Shown here piece after piece: positions 24,917 to 32,000 of a stretch of 32,000 bases of DNA. Each line of letters opens with the position of its first letter. The stretch's first letter is position 1. The DNA lies in NCBI GenBank assembly GCA_965224465.1, contig OZ245049.1:2820001-2852000 (forward strand), read 5' to 3'. The translations under genes and the position numbers were made by a program. The notes beneath the pieces are model-generated. The model made no database searches and was not told the DNA's origin. It saw only the letters and a list, made by a program, of their open reading frames with translations. Source of the DNA: Flavobacteriaceae bacterium. Its GTDB lineage: Bacteria; Bacteroidota; Bacteroidia; Flavobacteriales; Flavobacteriaceae.

Positions 24917-26800
24917 TTATTCTTTATCTAGGTTATTTTGCATAACACTCCATTGCCAAACCCAAGTACTAATTACAGGTATTAAGTTTGGTCCAATATC
25001 AGAATAATCCATAATATTATCGGTTTTAAATTTCTCAAAAACAAACTCACCACTGTCACTAAAACTGTGATATAAGCCCATTGCATGAAAAGTCTCATGT
25101 ACCAATGTACTATCAGTTAACCCCGGTCGTAAAACAATTACAGAGCGCTTTACCGAAGGAATACCAGACGCTCTACCAAACAACCCTCCTTGTTCTTCGT
25201 CTATAAAAAATATTTTGTAACACTTACTATAATCTTTTTTGTGTTGTGTTTTTAACGCAGAAATTAGATAATCTTGAAAACCATCTGTATCTGCATTAAT
25301 AAGAGTTCCTTTAGGAGCATATTTTTTGTTAAATGGTTTATCTTTAGATAGATTTAAATTCACAGTATCATAGCTAGCATTGGCTAACAACTGACTAAAA
25401 TATTTAGAAAACTCTTTCCGTCTACCTACAGTACTTCCAATCATTTTAGCGCCAATATTAAGTTCTGTAGTAACACTAACAAACACAATGTCTGCTTTAT
25501 AACGATTTGTTTTGTCGTTCGCCAATATTTTTAATTTCCCTGCAAATACGCCGTCGGCTTCTACTTCAATAAATTGGTCTACAGCAAACTCTTTAATGCA
25601 TTTAACAGTTAATCCATCTGCTAATTCCTTTTTACCAACGGTTTTGTGAGACACCTCTGAGCTACTAAGTTTAAAATAAGTTTTATCATATTTATAGGCA
25701 ATCTTTTTAGCGTCAGACCCTTCAATTTCCACCTTTAATGTAAGTGTAGCTTCTTTATATGGAAGTAAAGTTAAGACTGGAACAACGTATTTGTCGTTAG
25801 ACTTTATAGGATGTTGTGGCATTTCAAAATAGTTACCTAATTTTATATATTCTGCATCGTTTTGCACAAAACTTCCTGTAGAATAACTCCCAATAATATC
25901 TTTGTAAAATACATCTCCTTTTTTACCTGTATCAGCCATTCGTAACCAATCGAAACCATAATCTCCATTATAGCTATTTCCAGTTCTAAAATTAACAAGC
26001 ACTTTTGGTGGAGGCACAATTTGCAAGGGTTTACTTTGTTTCTTTTTTCCACTATGACTTACCTTAGCTATAAGTGCGTCCATAGTTGCTTCTTTAAAAT
26101 CTAGCCATTGTTCTTTAATTTCGAGGAACGATAATTCAAAAGATCCGTCTTTGTTTAATAGTTCACTAAAAGACAATTGTTTTACACCTTTTTCAAATTC
26201 GGTTCCATCTTTTTTAGTAATGGTAATGTTTATCGCATTTCCACTTGGATTTTCTATTTGTGTACTTAATGCCACACACTCTGAATAAGTACTTTCTTCT
26301 AAAATTTCCTTGCTTTCTGGATGAATCCAATCCACTTTTGTAATGGTTGGTGTTACTTCTATCCTATTTGTATGTATCATAGGCGCTACGTCTTCCTCTG
26401 GAAAAGTAACCCTCCACGATGCTGAATAAACACCAGAAGACATGGAATCTTCAAACCCCGCAGCGGTCAACGTAAGTGTTTCGGTCATGGGCAGGTTACC
26501 AATGGAAGAAAAATTGGTCTTCCAAGAAACAAGATGCGTATCAAATAGTTTAATTTTTCTAATTCTACCGCCCTCAATAATGGGTTCTAGCAATAATTCT
26601 AGTTGTTTTGTTTGTCTAGAAGCAAACGACCACTCCGTCAAATTGAGATCTTTTCTAGTTTCTAAAACAAGGTCTAGCCCTTTAAATAACGGAATTACTG
26701 AAGGCTTCCCGGTAGCATCAGATCCTTGTTCAAAAACAAGCCTATACCGCAGTACGTTTACTCTTTTTTCGTCGATAATCAACAGTGCTTTAAAGCTCAT
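24917..26800 (-). CDS. Polymorphic toxin with a TssD/Hcp-like N-terminal domain, an unassigned middle region of about 300 aa and a C-terminal metzincin zinc peptidase
   Basis: 627 aa with no signal peptide. The N-terminus MSFKALLIIDEKRVNVLRYRLVFEQGSDATGKPS...LTEWSF...PMTETLTLTAAGF fits the Bacteroidota T6SS-iii tube protein pattern. The C-terminus has HETFHAMGLYH (HExxHxxGxxH) and NIMDY, a candidate Met-turn. Confidence 0.85.
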   Translation of the reverse strand: MSFKALLIIDEKRVNVLRYRLVFEQGSDATGKPSVIPLFKGLDLVLETRKDLNLTEWSFASRQTKQLELLLEPIIEGGRIRKIKLFDTHLVSWKTNFSSIGNLPMTETLTLTAAGFEDSMSSGVYSASWRVTFPEEDVAPMIHTNRIEVTPTITKVDWIHPESKEILEESTYSECVALSTQIENPSGNAINITITKKDGTEFEKGVKQLSFSELLNKDGSFELSFLEIKEQWLDFKEATMDALIAKVSHSGKKKQSKPLQIVPPPKVLVNFRTGNSYNGDYGFDWLRMADTGKKGDVFYKDIIGSYSTGSFVQNDAEYIKLGNYFEMPQHPIKSNDKYVVPVLTLLPYKEATLTLKVEIEGSDAKKIAYKYDKTYFKLSSSEVSHKTVGKKELADGLTVKCIKEFAVDQFIEVEADGVFAGKLKILANDKTNRYKADIVFVSVTTELNIGAKMIGSTVGRRKEFSKYFSQLLANASYDTVNLNLSKDKPFNKKYAPKGTLINADTDGFQDYLISALKTQHKKDYSKCYKIFFIDEEQGGLFGRASGIPSVKRSVIVLRPGLTDSTLVHETFHAMGLYHSFSDSGEFVFEKFKTDNIMDYSDIGPNLIPVISTWVWQWSVMQNNLDKE

Positions 26801-26805
26801 ATTTG

Positions 26806-28014
26806 TTAGTTTAGAGAGCTGTCAAGCAGCAGAGATTCCGAATAATTATCTAATAGTTTTTTACATTCTTTAATTAATGCTTCTTCCGCATAGCTTTTTT
26901 GAAGCTCGTTAAAACACACATCCGCTTGCGCTAGATTGTTTTTTTCTAACCAAACTCTTAAAGCGATATATTGAAAATAAATAAACTCATCCAACCTTAA
27001 AAACAAATCTCTATCAGGGCAAATTTTCCTAAAGTCCAAATGCTCGTTAAGTATGCCAGTTATCTGATCTAAAATCACCTCTTTTTCTGTTCTTAATTGT
27101 TCTGACGACAAAAGCAACTCAGAAATACGAATTTTTGAAATCAAAAAACCAGGAAACTCTTTATACAAAACACTTACAGTTTCAACATATTCTGTATTCA
27201 TATTAAGATGTCGGAAGTATTCGCACAGTAAATTTTGAAAATGAGGAACCTCCAGGTTTTTATCTGCCTGAATTTGCATTTCAACTAACAAATTAGAAGA
27301 CGGCTTGCTTAATGCGTAAATTCTTTCAGAAAAATCTTCAATTTGTTCAATCTGAACATTGGTTAATTTATAGTAAGGATAAATTCTCCTCTTGTCGTCC
27401 GTCACTTCAATTAAAGTAGTTTCAATTTTTAGTTTTTCCCTTCGACAATCTGTTATTCGTTGTTTCGCTTGAATATGAGCGGGTTCGTTTTCGATTAATT
27501 TAGCCAATAAATGCTCCGTTTTAACAGCATCCTCCAACCTATCTACATTTAAAAAATAATCAATTCTAAAAAGAAAAAAATTCACGATTTCAGAAATATG
27601 AAATTCAGTTTTCCCCGGAAAAGCGGTACTTATTTCTAAATTCTCACCTAAAATAGCCCTTACTTTGGCATGTTCACCTTTGACTCCATGCAGCTGAGCC
27701 ATGCTTAATTTAGCAAAAAACTCATTCGGGAATTTTTGATAAAAAACGCTAGCATGCCCAAAGGCAACTTCGTTTTCTCCTTTCTGGATATACTCATGAA
27801 CAAGCTGCTTATAAAAGAAAGGAATTTTCGGAAACTTCTGTATATACTTTTTTAGGTTCTCTCTGTTTTTAGTTCTTCCAAAATCCTGAATAGATTCAAT
27901 CATTAAATTTTTAATATGTGGAAAATGATTTTTTAAGAAATAATCATCATCATCTATCACAGTAAGCTCCGTTCTGTCTTTAAAAAGCACCTTCTTATTG
28001 GGTATAATTTTCAT
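26806..28014 (-). CDS. Hypothetical all-helical protein made of two tandem homologous halves, first gene of the toxin operon
   Basis: It ends 5 nt before the toxin start. The preferred start is the ATG at 28014 (MKIIPNKK..); the track start at 28101 adds 29 aa. The halves align as LTVIDDDD..IESIQDF..IPFFYKQLVHEY..VFYQKFPNEFFAKLSMAQL versus LIEVTDDK..IEQIEDF..VPHFQNLLCEY..VLYKEFPGFLISKIRISEL. Confidence 0.8.
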   Translation of the reverse strand: MKIIPNKKVLFKDRTELTVIDDDDYFLKNHFPHIKNLMIESIQDFGRTKNRENLKKYIQKFPKIPFFYKQLVHEYIQKGENEVAFGHASVFYQKFPNEFFAKLSMAQLHGVKGEHAKVRAILGENLEISTAFPGKTEFHISEIVNFFLFRIDYFLNVDRLEDAVKTEHLLAKLIENEPAHIQAKQRITDCRREKLKIETTLIEVTDDKRRIYPYYKLTNVQIEQIEDFSERIYALSKPSSNLLVEMQIQADKNLEVPHFQNLLCEYFRHLNMNTEYVETVSVLYKEFPGFLISKIRISELLLSSEQLRTEKEVILDQITGILNEHLDFRKICPDRDLFLRLDEFIYFQYIALRVWLEKNNLAQADVCFNELQKSYAEEALIKECKKLLDNYSESLLLDSSLN

Positions 28015-28856
28015 ACTATTTTTTGTTGTTTTTATTTTTTGTGTTTTAAATACGATTGACCTAGACAAACGACATGGGCTGTTACGAATATAAATATACA
28101 CCTAATATCTGTATAGAGAAACGCTCTAAAAAAACACAGTATTCGCTTTTTTGTCCTTTAAAAAAATCAATTATGAATGGCTCTAATCAAAGCAAATATC
28201 ATTCCAATAACCGTATAAATCACGTATTATTAGTTTTATAAGTGTTAAAAAACAGATTCATCACAAAAGCTATCCTAAGGCATTCGGATGAGACAGACCA
28301 ACAAACAGCCACAGAACCAACTTTTAGGATAGCACTCCCGTAATCCAATATACGAATCGTGTTTATTCGGTTTTACACATGAAAATTGATTTAAAAACGA
28401 CCTGTATTTTTTATCTCAACTCAACAAAAGGACGCTTTTAAAAAGGACTGACGCTTTCAAATAAGCCCATCCACAACCTCATCCAAGGACAAGTGGTAGG
28501 CTTCTGAAGTAATAATTTCTATGTAACATCAGATTCACAAGAAAAAGAATCTTCCATAAGGGATGCTGTCAAAAAAACAAGAAAAATGATTAGATCAAAA
28601 CAATATTTCTAAAAGCAATAACCTCGAGGCAAGCCAACGAGACATGAAAAAGAAAAAACCTTAATCATTTTAATGAAAGCATAGGTAAATTAAACCCACT
28701 GGTGCAATTAAAAAAAACGTTAGTAAAAGTTAAACACAAGGGTTCTTGCTCTTAAGACCACTCTGTTTCTCAACTAATTTACATGACTTTTAACATGTTA
28801 AAAAACTTAAATATTTCTTAAATTTGTAATAATTCTTAATTCTATTTTCATGCATT

Positions 28857-29981
28857 CTTAAATTCAACTAATAAACGCAACTTTTCGATTTGATTCTATG
28901 ATGGTTATATTTTCAAAACAGAAAAGTAGGAAAACCTACCTTTCTTGTCTTGATGGATATGTATCTTACGGTCTCAAATCTCGAAAAAAGAAGTTGTATG
29001 AAACACATCACCCAAGCGCAAAGATACACAATTTGTTGCATGTTAAAACAAGGTTATAAACAGGTTGAGATAGCAGCTGCTATAGGAAAAGACAAGTCTG
29101 TTATTAGCAAAGAGATTAAGCGTAATTCAGACAAAAGAAATGGAGTTTACAAGCATGAATTAGCCCAAAAAAAGTATGCTAAACGTCATAAAGAAAAGCC
29201 TAAAAGAAAACGCTTTACAGAAGATATTCAACAAGCAATAGAGTTGTTATTGCGAGACGATTATAGTCCTGAGCAAGTAGTTGGTGTCCTAAAAAAACAA
29301 GGTAAAGAAACGGTGTCTATTGAGCGTATATATCAGCATATTAGGGAAGACAAGAGGAATGATGGTGATTTACATACACACCTTCGCAGACAGGGAAGGA
29401 GATATAGAAAACGTGGCTCATCAAAGGATTCTAGAGGGGTTATAAAGAATCGTATTAGTATAGAACAACGCCCTGAAGTTGTTGAACAAAGAAATCGATT
29501 TGGAGATTTAGAGGTCGATTTAATCATAGGTAAAAACCATAATCAAGCCATACTTACCGTAAATGATAGAGCTTCTGGAATGCTTAAAATGAAAAAAGTA
29601 AGCTCTAAAGAAGCAGTTGTTGTCACTAAAGCTATCAATGAAATATTAGAAGACTGGAAGCCTTATCTACATACTATAACAGCTGATAATGGAAAAGAAT
29701 TTGCAGGCCATGAGCAGGTTGCAGAAAATTTATGTATTGATTACTTTTTTGCGCATCCATATCACTCTTGGGAAAGAGGATCTAACGAAAATTTAAATGG
29801 TTTGATTAGACAATATTTTGCCAAAGGAAGTGACTTTACAAACCTAACAGATCAAAGAATCAAAGAGGTAGAAACAAAATTAAATAACAGACCTAGGAAG
29901 AGACATAAATATCAAAACCCTATATTTGTAATGGAACAATTATTATTTAACTAAAAGTTGCGTTTGTGACTTGAATTCAGC
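28857..29981 (+). mobile_element. IS30-family insertion sequence, copy 2, 1125 bp
   Basis: It has the same ends and the same internal ORFs as copy 1; the 334-aa translations are identical. It is flanked by a 3-bp direct repeat att at 28854-28856 and 29982-29984. Confidence 0.9.
28998..29954 (+). CDS. IS30-family transposase
   Basis: The translation is identical to that of 21689-22645. Confidence 0.9.
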   Translation: MKHITQAQRYTICCMLKQGYKQVEIAAAIGKDKSVISKEIKRNSDKRNGVYKHELAQKKYAKRHKEKPKRKRFTEDIQQAIELLLRDDYSPEQVVGVLKKQGKETVSIERIYQHIREDKRNDGDLHTHLRRQGRRYRKRGSSKDSRGVIKNRISIEQRPEVVEQRNRFGDLEVDLIIGKNHNQAILTVNDRASGMLKMKKVSSKEAVVVTKAINEILEDWKPYLHTITADNGKEFAGHEQVAENLCIDYFFAHPYHSWERGSNENLNGLIRQYFAKGSDFTNLTDQRIKEVETKLNNRPRKRHKYQNPIFVMEQLLFN

Positions 29982-30100
29982 ATTTAAAATGATAGACATT
30001 GAGAATATCGTTCTTTTAAAAGTCCAATTCACACAATTCTATTCCCTATATCAAATAGAATTGTATTTAGAATTAGAGGCTATTTATCCTATATTACATT

Positions 30101-32000
30101 ATGAAAATAACTGTTATTTTTTATTGTTTGACACTTGTACTATGCCAAGAATACGGCTTTGCTCAATCGCAGAATCCTGCATTAAAAAACAAATTAAACT
30201 TTAAACATTTATCTGTAGCAGAAGGCCTGTCTCAACGATCCGTAACAACGATTTTACAGGATAAAAAAGGCTATTTATGGTTTGGCACTAGAGATGGATT
30301 AAACAAATACGACGGCACCAATTTTGTGACCTATTCCTACAACTCAGAAGACCCAAATAGCCTGAGTCATAGTTGGGTGACTTCCCTATTTGAAGATGCG
30401 TTGGGTAACTTATGGGTCGGAACTAGAAATGGGCTTAACAAATACATCCCAAAAACAAACAGTTTTAAGCATGTTTATTTTTCATCTTTTGACGACAATC
30501 AAATTACAGCTATTTGCCAAGTTTCCGATAGCATGCTATGGGTTGCCACAACAAAAACGATTAAGACCATTGAGATTGCTACTATTCTTGAAACCTTTAC
30601 AAAAAACAACTACGATGTTCTTAATTTTGACTTTGATGATACTCGGGTTAATTATTTTTTAAAAGCATCAAATGGTGACTTATGGATTGCAACTTCAAAA
30701 AACATATACGCTCTAAATTTTCAAAAAAAAACAACCAATAGATTCAGTTATCCAACACAAAATGATCTAACTATAAATTCAGAAAAAACACCTTGTTTCT
30801 ATGAAGATAAAGACCACACTATTTGGCTAGGATACACAAAAGGATTGGCGGTATTTAATAAAAAAACAAAAGAGTTTTCTGATTTTTCGCTTGAGAATGG
30901 TACCACTATAAATTCTGTAATACGATCTGTCTGTCAAGATTCGTCCGGCACTTTATGGATTGGAGCATATACAGGTCTGTACCTATTGGATTTAAAAAAC
31001 CAAACGCTAGACCATATTACACATTATGATAGTAACTCTAAAAGTTTAAGTCAGAATTCTATTTATAAAATAATAAGAGACACCAGAGGAGATATTTGGA
31101 TTGGAACTTGGGCAGGCGGAGTCAATTATTTTAATAAAAACTACAATTCGTTTAAGCAGTTTTTTGTAGGCGAACACAAGAGCATGTTAAATTACAAAGT
31201 AGTAAGTGCAATTGTAGAGGACGCATCGGAAAACTTTTGGATAGGAACAGAAGGAGGAGGTTTAAATTATTTTAATAGCGCAACAGGAGAATTTAGCTAT
31301 TATAAAAACAAGCCCTCAGATGCAAATAGCATTAGTTCAAATAATGTAAAATCAATCCTGCGAACATCCGCTGGCAATTTGTGGATTGGTACACACGATA
31401 AAGGACTTAATTTTTTTAATACACAAAACTATACATTTAACAATTTCAATAACTATTTAGTGGATGGTAATACGCCCATATCAAATTACAGTATCTCATC
31501 GCTCTACGAGGATAAAAATAAAAACATTTGGATTGGGACATTGGCAGGAGGCTTACTATTTTACGATATAAAAACACAAGCGTTTTCTAAAATCATATCT
31601 GTAGTTGCAATCAATTGTTTGGTACCTTGTAAAGACACTAACTTTTTGTTATTTGGAGGCGTCAATGGGCTGATCAAAATAGATATAACTTCTAAAAAAA
31701 CAAAAGAAATTCATTTTGTAAAGAACACCCAAAACTATGATCCTAGGAAATTTGTGAATACCGTATATGTAGATCCAAAAAATAATTATTGGATCGGTAC
31801 AGGAGGTAATGGCCTCTTTTATTACAACACAAGCAATGGAGTATCCATAAAATATGGCATCGATGATGGTTTACCAAACGAAACTATATATGGTATTCTG
31901 CCCGATAATTACAATTGTTTATGGCTCAGTACAAACCAAGGACTAAGCAGATTTAATTTAGAAGATTATAAAATTAAGAACTATAATTTGTTAGATGGCT
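30101..32000 (+). CDS. Hybrid two-component sensor (HTCS-type), N-terminal periplasmic propeller region only; the 3' end lies beyond the window
   Basis: This gene is absent from the ORF track because it has no stop inside the window. I translated it by hand: MKITVIFYCLTLVLCQEYGFAQS (signal), then LSVAEGLSQRSVTTILQDKKGYLWFGTRDGLNKYDG. After that come at least 9 repeats of the ..(I/L)W(I/V)GT..GL..(Y/F).. two-component-regulator propeller motif, in one frame to position 31999. Confidence 0.85.
   Translation, partial: MKITVIFYCLTLVLCQEYGFAQSQNPALKNKLNFKHLSVAEGLSQRSVTTILQDKKGYLWFGTRDGLNKYDGTNFVTYSYNSEDPNSLSHSWVTSLFEDALGNLWVGTRNGLNKYIPKTNSFKHVYFSSFDDNQITAICQVSDSMLWVATTKTIKTIEIATILETFTKNNYDVLNFDFDDTRVNYFLKASNGDLWIATSKNIYALNFQKKTTNRFSYPTQNDLTINSEKTPCFYEDKDHTIWLGYTKGLAVFNKKTKEFSDFSLENGTTINSVIRSVCQDSSGTLWIGAYTGLYLLDLKNQTLDHITHYDSNSKSLSQNSIYKIIRDTRGDIWIGTWAGGVNYFNKNYNSFKQFFVGEHKSMLNYKVVSAIVEDASENFWIGTEGGGLNYFNSATGEFSYYKNKPSDANSISSNNVKSILRTSAGNLWIGTHDKGLNFFNTQNYTFNNFNNYLVDGNTPISNYSISSLYEDKNKNIWIGTLAGGLLFYDIKTQAFSKIISVVAINCLVPCKDTNFLLFGGVNGLIKIDITSKKTKEIHFVKNTQNYDPRKFVNTVYVDPKNNYWIGTGGNGLFYYNTSNGVSIKYGIDDGLPNETIYGILPDNYNCLWLSTNQGLSRFNLEDYKIKNYNLLDG

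Noticed and set aside
30390-30662. 90-aa ORF, together with the 77-aa ORF at 29971-30204
   Set aside because: Both are out of frame with and overlapped by the long sensor-kinase frame starting at 30101, which has strong repeat-domain signatures. The ORF at 29971 also starts on a TTG inside the IS30 end.
1-32000. CRISPR arrays, rRNA genes, reverse transcriptase or DGR components, prophage structural genes, T6SS structural genes
   Set aside because: I looked for regularly spaced short direct repeats, long conserved rRNA-like stretches and the signature motifs in all listed ORFs. None is present in this window.

Overview
This is an AT-rich chromosomal window that looks Bacteroidota, probably Flavobacteriia. 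The lineage evidence is TTG-N19-TAnnTTTG promoters, many Cys-lipobox lipoproteins and a hybrid two-component sensor with a propeller domain.

The housekeeping core holds an S9 serine-peptidase lipoprotein (8381-10300, +) and sucB-sucA, the 2-oxoglutarate dehydrogenase E2 and E1 genes (10531-14522, -). It also holds two tandem tRNA-Asn(GTT) units, each with its own promoter and terminator (14797-15204, +). The rest of the core is a small membrane protein, an MFS transporter and a secreted TonB-C-like protein.

The main accessory system reads on the minus strand from 28014 down to 19870. It is a tightly packed operon:
- an internally duplicated helical protein;
- a 627-aa protein with a TssD/Hcp-like (T6SS-iii tube) N-terminus fused to a metzincin peptidase (HETFHAMGLYH plus a NIMDY Met-turn);
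- a lipoprotein immunity candidate.

Downstream of the operon lies an array of orphan toxin C-terminal remnants, each followed by a lipoprotein immunity paralog. This array is segmentally duplicated. The older copy is broken by an IS30-family element and by a roughly 167-bp MITE-like repeat.

A second orphan module of the same toxin family, with its own lipoprotein, sits at 83-1046.

Mobile DNA in the window:
- two apparently identical 1125-bp IS30-family copies with 3-bp target duplications;
- one 1091-bp IS1595-family element with an 8-bp duplication that rewrote the last 5 codons of a membrane-protein gene;
- a MITE-like repeat family with 5 long and at least 3 partial copies.

A partial hybrid sensor kinase gene starts at 30101 and runs off the right edge. 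It is missing from the ORF track.

I saw no CRISPR array, no rRNA and no T6SS structural genes. All family assignments come from motif recognition by eye and need HMM or structure confirmation.
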